NCBI GenBank assembly: GCA_030141605.1
Contig: JAQGDQ010000055.1
Location: forward strand, 496,001-560,000
DNA: 64,000 bases
Reading direction: 5' to 3'
DNA from: Tubiluchus corallicola
Lineage: Eukaryota > Animalia > Priapulida
Position numbers and translations under genes: made by a program. This document shows, in pieces, positions 13,116 to 56,000 of this stretch. Position 1 is the first letter of the stretch, and each line of letters begins with the position of its first letter. Under the pieces are notes generated by a model, which was given only the letters and a program-made list of their open reading frames with translations, made no database searches and had not been told where the DNA came from.

Positions 13116-14214
13116 AAGTCTTTATTAGCCTCTTTATGAAGGCAAAAAATTCTGGAGAAACGTTATACATTTCACATAGACACTGGACAGAGTGAATTCT
13201 ACAATATTACATGTTACGCATTCTGTAATTAGCTTTTTTAATTTGTACGTATAACATTATTTACAGCGATGCTAAACAAGAAGTATTAACGTGAGCGCTA
13301 AAATCAAGTTTATTAATTAATGAGGCAAGTTTCCTGTCTAGTAACTTAAAAATGCAGATAAATTAATATACTAAATTATTAAATTCCCAATTCAATATTT
13401 AAGCCCACAATGAGTTACAATAAATAATCTCAAAAACTATTGATAGCTAATAGCTAATTTCAATTTGTCAGAGTTTGCCATCCAGGCATTTACTCGTATT
13501 TTTGGTCGAGAGTCGAAAAACTCGACGAAAATCGCTATTTTTCTGGCTGTTGTTGTTCTTGTTGCAAGTGCAAAAGTAACACTGTAGCCAGTTTAGCTCA
13601 TTATTTAACAGCTAAAAACTTGTGTAATTAAATAAAGAGGATATTTAAAAAAAATAAAATAAATAAATAAAATGAAATAAGACGAATAATAAAAAAGGAT
13701 AAGTAATAACAAAATAATAATAACAAAACATAAATTTTATAAACTGCTTTGATTAGCTTAAGTAGTCTTATATTTCCTACTTCTTATAAAACAGTTGTAA
13801 ATCGACATCCAGCACTCAGCGACAGGTCTTACTGTGTTATATTAATTGTTGTCGAGGAACCGGTATCTGCTGATTATCAAAGATAATCCTCATCGATGAA
13901 ACACTGAACAAGTAGAAATGCCAGTTGCATGTACGAGGGTAGTGTGGTAGACGAATTTAATTAAAAGCAATTACTACCACCAATCCATTTACTGACAAGC
14001 TCAGTGTTGCTTAACTCTTGTTGCTAAGCCTACACTGCGATCACTCTGCTGTTTACTTTCAGTTTAAGTATTTTGAAAGCAAATAAAATCAAAATTAAGG
14101 TCAAGCTTTTTCCACATTTACTGTTGCAAGTCTTTCATAGATCAGAAAACTTGCGACGTTTGCCAAAGTTCAAGAGTGACAGTTTTCGGCGCTTGTAACC
14201 CCAAATAAACATGT

Positions 14215-14300
14215 CGTGTTGTGTTGCTATTAATGACGTCTGTAACCAATCATCGGGAACTAATGTTCTTCACCAATCAGTTCCCGGGCTTCTTCGTTGC
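14215..14300 (+). promoter_or_regulatory. Probable promoter of the SOGA/MTCL gene
   Basis: TGACGTC (CRE-like) and two CCAAT boxes (AACCAATCA, ACCAATCAG) about 130-180 bp upstream of the ATG at 14411. Confidence 0.4.
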
Positions 14301-14410
14301 CCAGGCTAATCATCCATGTTGCGGGGCGCTGGTATAACCAAGAAACTTTGTTAAACTACACACTCGCTCATACTTTCCATTTTGATGACCACGAAACGGT
14401 AGCCAGCAGC

Positions 14411-43379
<28,969 letters not shown>

Positions 43380-44489
43380 TAAAAAAATAGTCTCGTAATT
43401 AGAACAATAAGATACTTAATTTGTAAATTTGGTTATTTATAACTGGAAGTGGTTCCTTTTTCACGTATCTGCTACGTAGATTTCAGATCATCACTTACAA
43501 TACACGTCTGTGGTTACTGCTTAGCAATTAAATTTCTGGTGTCTTGAGGTAATTCTGTCCTAACAAGAATAACGTTTCTGGCACTAGGTGTCCACACCTG
43601 TTAAGGAAAATGTCATCCAAGAGTAAGTTGGTCAGATGGCGATATAGCGTTGCACAACAAGAAATGGCATGTATGGCTTCAAGTCTTTTTTACCAAAACA
43701 TGCTTGCCAAATTAACAAAAAGAACCACAACAAAACATTGAACCAGACTACCTACCAGTACTAACTAAACTTTCATTTTTTATACCTGTAATGAACAAGA
43801 AAACAGTGATAACCACGTGGTTGCAAATTACAAGCTTTCGAGCAGTTAGGTACGACATAACTAGTTGTAGCAACGTATTTATCTGGTTCTCTTGACTTTT
43901 CTTTGTCAAACCAAGCAGGTCCTTAATGATTTCTTTTTACTAATTAACATGGATTGATGAAGCAGTACCAGACTACTAAACTCTACTATGCACTTGGCTT
44001 TGTTCGCTGAGTTTCAAAAGTGGTCAAAATGCTTTAGTGACCACTGGTTTCACGAGCGATTATAATGATCTAATTTATATCAGTCAATTAAAATCACTAT
44101 AATCGTTGCGTGAGTTTAACAGCCCTTTGTACCCAACTCATAAACCACGAAGGAGACTTTCCGCTGCTAGAAAATTAAATCCCTAATCTCTGAAATAAGG
44201 AAGTGCTAGCTTTTGTTGGCACTGTCGGTCATTGTTAGCAAGAAGATTTAGTTCATTTCTGCCAGAAGCAATGCAAGGTTATTGTAAATAATGGCTTTAG
44301 TAGACCTAACGTTCAGACTATTTTATTTATTATTTGCTATTTATTATTTATGCGCATTTTAAATTATCAGTTTAAATGCTTTGTTAACAAATGCTGAATT
44401 TATTAAAACTGACTGAAACGGAACCTTTATCGGCTTTAATCTGTTTGTTGTAAACTTCGTAGTTTTATGAAACTTTTCTGGCTGTTAGT

Positions 44490-44645
44490 GTGACGATAGT
44501 GACGCCATCGATGACAACGATGACAATCATTATCATCATCATCATAATCGTCATCATCATTATCGTCGTCATCTTCATCAACATCACCTTCACCATCGTC
44601 ACTATCATTATCGTCGTCATCATTATCATCATCATAATCTTCATG
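44490..44645. repeat. (CAT)n-rich degenerate repeat
   Basis: Direct inspection. Confidence 0.8.
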
Positions 44646-47030
44646 TGGAAAAGGGACGCGAAAAATACAGTACTGTGCAGGCAAATATGAAATGTAAAAA
44701 TCAAAACTAATTTGAAAGCTGTGAATAATAACTACATTTACATTTATGTTAATTTTTGCATATAGTATATATATCATGAGCAAATGCTTGAACAGCAATC
44801 AGACATTTTATGTACAAATATGCAAACAATGCTTTTCGAAAGCAAACAGAAAAGCACCTATTATTTGTTTACACAGTTTATACCAGGAACAAAATAATTG
44901 AAGTTAATGATGTAATTCAACTCGGATACAGAATATTAACAAACAGTTCTATTGCTGCTTCAGCATTTTAAATTGATTTTTACTTGCAAAAGAAGTTTTA
45001 GAATCATATTATAAATTACTAACCCCTTAGTAATTTATAACGGACTTAGCATGATGTCCAAGTGAAGCAGTACGTAACTATAGCAACGCGGAACAGTTGA
45101 TGACGCGATGATATGAGCGTCAAAATGAAACCAAATTCTTGCATCCAAACAACCTTCTCAAGGAAAGTTGGTCCGACGTTTGGTGTCAAAGCCATGCAAA
45201 ATTTGAGATAGAATTATTGCGACCAGCGACCATTGAAGCTAAAATGGTAAGGTCATAGATGTAATATTGATATAAAAGTTTTTAGACACGCAGCACATTT
45301 TGCTGCTATTGTGTTGAAATCATACTTAAATTTGAGATTTCAATACCCTTCATCAATTTAAAATGTTCAACTAATATCAGACGGCACAAAAAATGTGCCA
45401 ACGTTTTGAATACGATGTTATAGGAAGAAAACAACGAAATGGCTCGAAAAAATAAACATTTTAAGCCATTTATCTTGGAATTTTCGAAAATACAGAAGTT
45501 TTAAAACAATAAGTCAAAACATAAATGCGTAGAAAAATGTTGTGTCACTGTTATTGAAATTTATAACAAAAGCCTCCGTGTGTATATAATTTTCAACGCA
45601 AACTAAACAAATTCGTTTCTTTAAGTTACTGACACAGTTTTTCACTTTTTAATGGGGTAGTTTGGGGTTTTTGGTCCCAGGACCCAGGCTCCGAGCGCTC
45701 GACAAATTTTGCCTTTATAATTCCTCTGCGTCAAATGACTCCCTGTGGGAATTCCACGCCTTCTCTAAGGAAATTTCAAGTACCGTAGTTCAGACGATTA
45801 AGTCCCATTTTTACTGATAAATTTTTATCAGTGCATTTTATGGTAAAGACCATGATGTTACCTGATTAATTTGATAGTCTTTATTGTCTTGCTGGCATAT
45901 AAGTGCTTAGCATCTCACATAGCAAAAGCTTTTCGGCCATGACTTAAAAACCATAAAACTACAAACCTTTAACTTTTCCTACCTAAAGGCTAATGTATTG
46001 AGATATCACACCATGAAATTTCAACTTTGTAGAGCACTCGCTTCTAATATTATTGTAATCTAAACTTCGGCACGTTTTTTCTGCGCCACCCTATAAATGC
46101 ATTCCTACATACTTGTAGCATTTGCAACTCGCTCTTTTTTTACTAACTTCACGCAGAGCATACATCTTAACGTGTCAATGACTGGGGGGGGGGGGTCCAA
46201 TGTTCGAGCCTTTTTGACTTGGAACCCTATTTTCCGTTTTGCAAACACAGAGTTCACTGAACTTCTAACAGTATTTGTTATTTGCTACTCCAATGTTTGA
46301 CAGGCGGAATCCAAGTATCAGAGCAATGTGATTTACTTAGAGAACATTTGGATTTTTACTGAAATCCAAAAACATGAAATTATTCCATGAAACTCAGAAA
46401 AGCAAGAACAAGCAGTTTCTTAGTGAAAGATAATGTCTTCCTTTCAATACGTAAATTGTATCTTCCGTAAAAACAGTACTCTTGTGGCTAATCCTGAAGA
46501 CGTCCATCCGGAAGGTAATTTGATTTGTTAGGACTTCTTTGAATCTCTTGGATTCTGGATTTGGCTACTGAGTTTACATGGGGGGGGGAGATTCACGGGA
46601 AGAAACGATGAGACTTACTACAAAATTTGTTAAAGTCGAAACTAAATAGTTATGCTCAAAGTTATTGATTTTTGGATGAAATATGAAACTCTTTGTCTAC
46701 GGAAATCGGAAATTATTTTATTCTAAAACCGGGAATTTAAGAAGGCATTCTTCAGCCACTGACTCAATGATTTTGGACGTTTTAAGTTTTGCAATTTTAG
46801 AACACCATCATTCTACACTCTCTCCGCTGTCCACTCTGTCCAGTTGATCTCTGGTCAACCCTTACACTAAACGTTAATCAAATATTAGCTGTTCGATGAT
46901 TTGACCCTTGCAAATGGTCACGATTATCAAGATACAATTTTGAAGAAGAGCTACAGGTATATCCTTTATCGAGAAACACTCTATCGCTCTTATTTCGTGA
47001 TAATAATTTGTTATTACTATAATGTTAAAA

Positions 47031-50000
47031 ATGAACACGTATCAGGTCAGTTTGAATAGAATTTGCTTTTCGTTTGGTATTAAATAATTATTTGTCTACA
47101 AAATTTTCTTAAAAACAAATGTATTAAATTTGTGCTAAGCATAATGGTTAAAATGCGTTCGTTCTAGATTATTCGGCAGGGCGTTTTCAGTGAAGTGAGT
47201 GTTTTTTTCTTTTGCTATCTGTAATAAATTTTAAAAAAATTGGTTCAACACCGAATTCCTACTCGAATATTGCACAAGTTAATGTAAACATCGGTTTTTC
47301 AGATGAGTGTAAATCATTCATTATCGTTTATTTCAATTGGTTATCATTTATTTCTTTTTCTTTTTTATTTATTAATACGGATAACACAAGATTTGAAGAT
47401 TGTACTGTTTTTTGCATTAATACTTTGTGCTTCAAACGCAGGGTGAATTTGAGTTCATAATAAAATTACTCCTGTCATTTGTGCTGATGTCAAATACGGG
47501 ATGGCTTCCAGAGACATCAGGCTCTCCCTCTTCCTTGACAAAGTCCATGGATTTCATGGAAATCGTTGCACACAACAAAGATTTGATGTCTTACTCCACT
47601 TACGACGTCAATGATGACGACAAGATCACGCTGGATGAGATGATCTATGCATTGCAGGATGACAGCGTTAATGTGATGAAACTGTTCAGAGCTGCTGATT
47701 CAAACGGTATTGTAACGACTTTTGTCTTGCTAGTACAGTAATAGTTCTCAGTTTCAAGGAAGCCAGGTACTCTAGGAGGCGCTGAAGTAGAATGGGTGAA
47801 AACACTACTGTCACAAGAATCACCTACTTGGTTAGATGGCAATCAAAATGTATCTTGCATAATTATTTTGACCATTTCGTTAACCATCTGCTTATTACTT
47901 CCGTTAAGAGATCTCGTTTTTGTCTTCGTTTGTTTGTCTGTCTGTTAGTCTGCTAACAAGACTGCACAAATATTCTATCCACGGAACTTTGTGGAGGAAT
48001 GGGATATGGGACAATGAAGGGTTCCGTAGGATCTCTTAAACTTTAGAAGGATTCTGGGCCATTAAGAGGAGGTAGTTTGACGCCCTAGGTAAACGTGTTG
48101 TTAGCGTCTCCTCCTCAATGATCAACCCCTTCCCCCACGGTCCACACCACATCCCCCAAATTGAACTTTCTTATGTAATATTATAATAAAATAATAATAT
48201 TAGGTATCTGCGTGTGAGGCTTATACAAGAATTATAGTGTGCTAATTAAGACTTAGTGTAGTCAGCTACCTATCTAGAGCTCGTGTTGATTGAATTTGAA
48301 GTTGAATTTATGACGCCATTGTACATCTTGGGTGCTGCGTGGAGTGGCGTAATCTTAGAAAACCAGATAAAGCAAAACCAGAAAGTGTTTTTCTGCGGGA
48401 AGACACATGCTAGCTTCCATGACTCATACATTTTAATAGGAAAACAACGCAAGTAGTTTGCTTTAATTAATTAATGTTACACACGTAAAGAATTATGCAT
48501 ACACTGTGTTATTACGCTAATTTCGGCTAAAATTCGGCTATGTTTTAGGTTAAAACTCGAAATTAAGCAATTACTGGGCAACAGCTTAGCTTGCTTAATG
48601 GTAGAACCGGCCCTGATTGAGAGGAAAAGAGACTACCATCTTTGAGTGGCTTTGGAGAGGTCGCCTGCAGCATAACAACAACAACTTTTTCTATATTTAC
48701 AAAACTGCGACCCCCTGAAAACATTTTAAGTTGCTTCCAACCATAAGTTTCAAATTTAACCTGTCAATATGATTACAATATCATATTGTATAATATCATA
48801 TAATATCATTGATTTTATAAATCTCTAAATTTTCCGAAGTTACAGCAATAAAGATCAAATACACAATGGTGACGGCGGCTAAATAGTTTTAATTTTTGTT
48901 GTCAAAAAAGGACCATATACGCGGCTATAATAAAAATATTTCAGCATTTAATAATTTACTAAAACATTTTTAATGGTTTCAACCGAGAGCTTTGAAAACT
49001 GAATCACATTTTTCTCTATTTAATTAGGTGATGATGCGTTAAGTTGTCAGGAATTTTTGGACGCTCCGTTTTGGCCAAATCGAGATGAAGTTAATTGTCG
49101 AGCCAATCGAGGTACGCTAATTACAAAATTGCGCATTTAGTATCGCAATACAAGAGTCTCGGGGCAGTACTTCCCTTCCATGTTCATTGGCTGCGGGACT
49201 TCGCCTTGATGATGTCAAATTAAAATGGCGTACTTATTGAATACATGACATGGTTGAATACTGTAGGCCATCCTGCGCTAAATTTAGCGCACTACGCATG
49301 CGCTAAATGGATTCGAAATTACGTTTGAGTTTAATACTTTATCTTATTCACGTAAATGTGCAATTGTATTTTTGAAGTGAATAAAAAATCTAATCTAATT
49401 TAAATTTTCGGGGAACCAGTGCGGTACATGGTCAGTCCAACTACCTCATTGGTGGTTTTTGTTCATTCTTTTAACTTTACATTGGAAATTTTGACAAATT
49501 TTTAAAAATTCTGTGAGTTTCTTCGTTTTGAAAAAAATTGTGCTTCTTCTTGACGTCAGTTTGGCGTCTTAAAAACCTGCTCGACCAGGTGTTGAACTCA
49601 CGCCAGCATGCAGTACGTAGCTATTGTTTTTCGCTTATCTTTTCTTGACAATGCCACATTGATAACTTAGTTGCATCTATTTTGTACAAAGCAATAACCA
49701 AACATATAATTACAAATAATCAGTTCAGTGGGTGTTTGATTTGCTGTGATTAAGTAGTACATGTGTTTTAGTAGCATAAAAATGAAATCAGACCATAAAT
49801 TATTTCGATAGGTCAGGTAGTGCTGTCGCAGTTTATGGTGTGATAATCACAGAGCTAAACGCAAATGTTGAGGGAGGGAATGTTGAGGAGCCTCACTAAG
49901 CGTTTGAAGGGCTCACAAGCCTCACTTATCATGACGCTATTGAAACAGCCAATTGTATCTCGCAGGGAAGTATTACCCCGAGACTCTTATATCGTAATTT

Positions 50001-53000
50001 ATGTTAGTGTCGTATCGTTGTATGCGATAATCAAACGCAATTACGCGATTAGTATTAAAGAATCAGCGCTAGAATCACAATTTTGAACAAAATTTTGAAA
50101 CATATTTATTCAGACCTAACTTTTGTTGAACAAGTTTTACTTTTGAGGCGAAAAACGTTTTCAAATTACCATATGATAAACAGGGGCATCGTGACGTGGG
50201 GCAATTGCAAAACTTAACATATATTCACTTATAGTTAGAAACTGCAGAAATTATTCTGTTTGGCTTGGTGAGATCGAAAATGCACTTTATGATATAGATA
50301 TCAATCGTTCTCAGACATTTTGATTCAAGAAATTAACGTATGACGTCACAGTTGCGTCATCGTTTGAAAAATGTGGTCGCTATTAATGAATAGAGAGAAA
50401 GACTGAAGTATCTTTACCACAGCCTTAAAGGAAGACAGGATCATTTTTCATATACTACCCAATTTTCCAAGTCCAATAAAAAGTATGCATTTTTACACAA
50501 TTAATACTGCAAAAGCGTTCCTGCTATTTAAATATAAGATTAAAATCTTAAATAGCGGCGGGCAGCTTTGTGTATTTTTCTTCTGTTAATAAGCTACAAG
50601 CAGTTCTTTTTTTCTTTTTGTTTACTTTATACGCCAGAAAGGTAATTTTCTGATGCAAGACCATATGCTAGAAAGTGTATTTCTTAACTAAATAACTGTT
50701 TTTTTATTTTTATTTTCTGTGGTTTTTCTGAGTCGGTGTTTAATTCAGTGGTTAATTATTAATTACACTACAAAATTAACAAAACTTGCTCTTATTTTTA
50801 GTTCGTCGGGCAGGATCAGTCGGCGCATTTTTGCCTGGTCATGATTGGACGTATGAAGGCGGTACGTTTGCATAATTGTACATAATTCGTTCTCGCATAT
50901 TTCTTTTTCTTTATTTTTCTTCATGCACATCGTCCGACATTTTATTTGGTGCTGTGCAACCTACTGTTCATGGTGCCGCAACAATTCTTCCAGCTTTGCC
51001 TGATGTCAAACACGTTTAATTTTACCACTCGAAACGTAAAAGCAAGCCGAACTGAGTTTCGCATTTTCGAAACAAACAAATACTGAATTCAGTTTAATTT
51101 GTAGCAGTTTTCTAAATGTAAGTACTTCTACTTTTATATCAAAAACAAGAACAAGTAATTAAAATATTTGCATAGTTGAATATTACATTTTTGCAATGAT
51201 GATATTGACAATGACGATGAAACAAGAGTAATTAGTACATATTTAGTAATAAAAGTTTACTGGTCTATTATAAGAGACCTACGTTTTAGTAAAGAGAAAA
51301 GAAATTACAATATGACTAACTTACGACACGATTACATTAATTGTATACGTTAAGTTTAATACAAAAGACTTTAAGACTTTAGACATACCTATTATACTGT
51401 GCTATTATTGTTACAATTAATCGCCAATGAAATGTTATTACCAGATGAGATTCAGTAACTGTTATGCGCGAACAATCCAGCTGTGTCTAATCGCTCTACT
51501 TTATGGTATTTAAGAAGGTTAGCTGAGTTAGCACAATCTGTCTGCTTTTAAAAATTTGACGTTTTTTGGATTTTTTAATATTAATTCATAATTCTGAAAA
51601 TCAGATATTTGCAAACGAGCTCTCATTTTTGTATACAAGCCTTTCTCTAAAATTCGATAGTGAATAACAGGAATGCTGAACTAGTTATGCCGCTGTTATA
51701 GTTTCTTGTGTTATTTCTATTTTACTTCCAGACAATGGGCAAGATTACTGGGTTAACAGTTACCCGGACTGTGGCAAGAATGCGCAATCACCAGTTAATA
51801 TAAATGATATGGATGCGATATATGACTCAAATTTGGATGATATAACGTTCACTGGATATGATTCTTTAAACGACATGATTAAGATGGAAAACACTGGACA
51901 CACTGGTAAGTCATTGGTAATGGAATAAAAAATGCATTGTTTTTTGGGTGACTCGCTCGCGAATTGACCATATAAAGAGGTCTATTTCGCTGTGATGCCG
52001 ACCTTGTTGTCGTTCATGTAGTAAGGTTTTATCTAGTTTTATATTGTGACATCACAACAAGGTTACTCCGTGACAATAACATAACAATCCATAACATAAC
52101 ATAACTTTCCATAACTATAATAATTGGGGTTCTAAATGACATATCCAGGCAAGATGGCAAAAATTCTATAAGAGAGAATTCCGGCTTAGTTCATCGTGCA
52201 AGTATTTTAGAACTGCTACAATCGCATTTACGTTGGTTTATGTCAAGGAATTCGAAACTTATATATGAAAACGATACTAGCAGATTTCTCTTGACATGCG
52301 TTCTATTTTACTGATCTTAGATCATTATTCTTAATAATTGTCTAAGATACCGGTACTGCCAATTCATCTAGTAAGAGATAGTAAAAATGATATATGGAAT
52401 AAAAAATGCGTTGTTTTTTGGGTGACTGGCTCGCGAACTAACCCTATAAAGAGATGTCCTTCGCCATGATGCCGGTCTTCTTGTTGTACATGCAATAAGT
52501 TTTTAGCCAGTTTTATATTGTGACATCATAAGAGAGTCTGGCTACAGTATTGAAGACAGTGAAAGAAGACAAAAAGAAAAGAGAAAGAAAAAAGCGTGAC
52601 AAAGGAAAACACACACAACAAGAAATGGACGAAAATAAACGAATGAAGAACAACGTAAAGAAAGACGCTGAAAACGATTTTTAATAAACATTTTGCAAGC
52701 TTACTTTCGTCACATTTTTTTAAATTAAGCTGTAAGTGCATGACCCAGCAGTCTCCACGTCGTCGTCGTCGTCTTCGTTACCAAAGTTAAGATTGGCCTC
52801 ACGCTGGGCTGTGACTGGACGGGTGAGCAGCTTCGATTTTTGGTTTGAGAGATTTTATTTCATGCTGTTTGTGGCTGTTTAACCCCGGAGAGGGAGAAAG
52901 TTTGTTTATTCCACATTTGTACGTAGCTGAGACTCCTTTGCTGGTCCAGTGGCTCATCTGAGAGATGTAGCCTTGATAATACTTTCGGTTTGCACAAGCC

Positions 53001-56000
53001 TGAATTGTATAAAGCAAATATTACTCAGACTAATTATTAAATCCACGTTTGATTACAGTCAAGCTAACGATTGGAGGGAATGATACAGCAACAATAAGCG
53101 GTGGAGGGTTGATGGGAATATACAGACTTCACAGTATCCACTGGCATTGGGGCAGTATGGACACAATGGGATCTGAACACATGTTTCAGGGCATGCATAA
53201 GCCCATCGAGGTTTGTTTTGTTCTCACTTTACTGTACTATTTTTGAAAAACGTGTCTGTGAACTTTCAGAAAAAGTGTAAACTGTGTTGAGAATGATGAC
53301 AACAGCAGCAGCAACAACATCAACAACATCATCATCATCATCATCAACAAGAACAACAACAACTACAGTAGTATCAGCAACAGTACAGTAACAAAGTAGT
53401 GCTATGGCTAATAAGACTATCTGCGAATTTTTGATATAACATAGTTTCTAAAAGACCATCAAAATTAATTAAAATAATGCCTAACTTAAAAACACTATTT
53501 CCCTAAAAGACGCACAACGCCAAAGGTAACTGTTAAACAACAACAGCTACAGCAACAACGGCGTCGACGACGACCATAACAGCAACAACAACAGCAATAG
53601 TATTAGCAACAGCTCAACAACAAAGTAGTGCCATAGTAATAACAATATATGCGAACTTAGGAATATTTTGATATAACATAGTTTCTAAAGCACCATCAGA
53701 ATTTATTAAACGTATGCCTAATGAGAACATTATTTGCGTAAATGATGCATAGATAATTTACACAATACATACCTTAGCTAAGTAATTTCCAAAGCGGTGG
53801 AACTCTTGCTAGTTAAAAAATGAAAAACTATAAAAGTATTATAAATGATGATGATATCATGCATTCGTCTTGTAAGCGTAAGATCCTTGGTTCAAATTTA
53901 GGCCGTGCAGCTATCATTATCTTTTGTTTTTAGATGCATATGGTTCACTATAACACCAAGTACATGGATCTCACAGGCGCAGTAGACAAAAGCGATGGAC
54001 TGGCAGTTTTGGGTATTTGGTTTGAGGTACAAACTGAATCATAAGTCATAATACAATTAGTTCCACGTCCAATACATTAACTGATGCATTTAATTTCGCA
54101 GGATAATTCGATGTTACTATTCCTTCAAATCAGTTTCATTTGGTAGTATTTACTGTTCTTCATCTAAATTGTCTCACACTTCAAAGGAAAATATCTTGGT
54201 CACATTATATCTCAAACCGTACTGATAATGAGAATTTGAAAGGGCAAAAATGTTTATTAGCTGCTACAGTTAATATCTTGATCAGAAATTTTCCTAAACG
54301 TAAAGAAGAAATAAGAGTTTGATTGTTTAAAACATTTTGTACTAGTGTATGTGGAGCATCGCTCTGGCGAGATTATTTTACACATTCATATCGACAATTG
54401 AAGGTTGCATACAATAATTGTATTACAAAACTATCTAAGTTACCATTTGATTGTAGTGCTCGGCAATTGTGTATAGGTGGAAATATTCCTTATTTTGACC
54501 TTATATTACGGAAATATTGTTATTTACTTATGAGACGACTGATTTACTATTTAAGCAATTCAGATATTCAGGTTATTTCAAAATTACCTAACTTTTCGCG
54601 ATTAACATCACACAGGTGATTCGCTGCATTTCAACTAACATTTCTAATATGTAAACATTTATTCTATTAATTTTATCTTATAGCTTTTAATTTTTTGTTA
54701 TAAATATGTTTTACGAACCTCGTGTTCGAAATAAAGTAATTTGCTTACTTACTTTATTTAGTGTGGAACTAGAACTATAATAGTTGCTACTTTCGTTCAA
54801 GCTCATTCTAATCATTTTTCAATACCTTAAAGTCATTCTTTGTTTTAATGATAGAAATTTACATTTTGTAACAGGTGGGTGACATGAACAGCGGTTTGGA
54901 CCATGTTACTAGCATGCTGAAAAACATTATGTACTTGGGCGAAGAAACTATGATAGGAGCCTTTGACATCACGAATCTACTTCCAATGGACATGATGTAT
55001 AAGAAAATGAAAGGGAGCAACTTAATGGGGTATTACCGGTACGCAGGCTCACTGACCACTCCCCCGTGTCATGAGTCAGTGACCTGGACCGTTTTTCAAG
55101 ACTACGCTACTCTGAGTGATGCACAGGTAGGCCTACATCTGAAAACATGAACGCAGAATTTTTTGTCTATGAGTCTTATTGATAAGTAGTTATTGTCGTT
55201 ACGTTAAAAAAAGCTTTTACAAGAAATGTATATCGTAACGTTTTGCATATGACTCTTTTGCTAATGACACTGATTTGGATATTTAGTCGTCAGTCTTAGA
55301 AAACTGTAAAAAATTCGTACAAATGAAAATTTGGTACAGTATCTCGAATTTTTTTAAAATACACAATTTGGTAAATATCCCTCAATAACCTACGAGTTTT
55401 TTATCATTTTTATCAGAAAGTAACACGGTTTCTATTGCACACTAGCCGTCATCATTGATTTTCCGATGATGGCTGCTATTCTGGGGTAGAAACGTTGACA
55501 GTTTTTTAATTATGAATTTAATTTAGTTTTTATTTCAATTCCGTACACATGGTACTATTATTACATATATTTACAACACACATAAAAATTATTGATAAAA
55601 GAGATTAAGATTACTAACTAAAAACCTAAAATACATATTTAAAAATACTTGCTTAAAAATTTAGAGCTTAAAATCATCACATAACATGTTTTGCCAGTTT
55701 TTAAAAAATAGAGACTCAAATAACATATCAGAATTTATACTGGCACAAACTAGAATGTCTTTTTTACTTGAAAAAGTGTGGAAGATTATTATGTGCACAT
55801 ATATAATAAAAGTGATAAAAAATCCGTTGGTTATTGCGAGATATTTGCCAAATTAAAAATTTTGTATTTTATTGCAGATGCAAGCTTTCAGGGCATTGTA
55901 CATGTACAACAAATCCAGCGGCGTGGAAGATAAAATCGTGGATAATTTCCGTAAAGTTCAACCATTAAACACGCGTATGATCAAAACCAGCATTGATCTG

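Noticed and set aside
14297-14410. N-terminal extension of the 462-aa ORF starting at TTG 14297
   Set aside because: Non-ATG start in a eukaryotic gene. The first in-frame ATG is 14411, which places the Cys motif near the N-terminus. The ORF tail after 15565 is intron.
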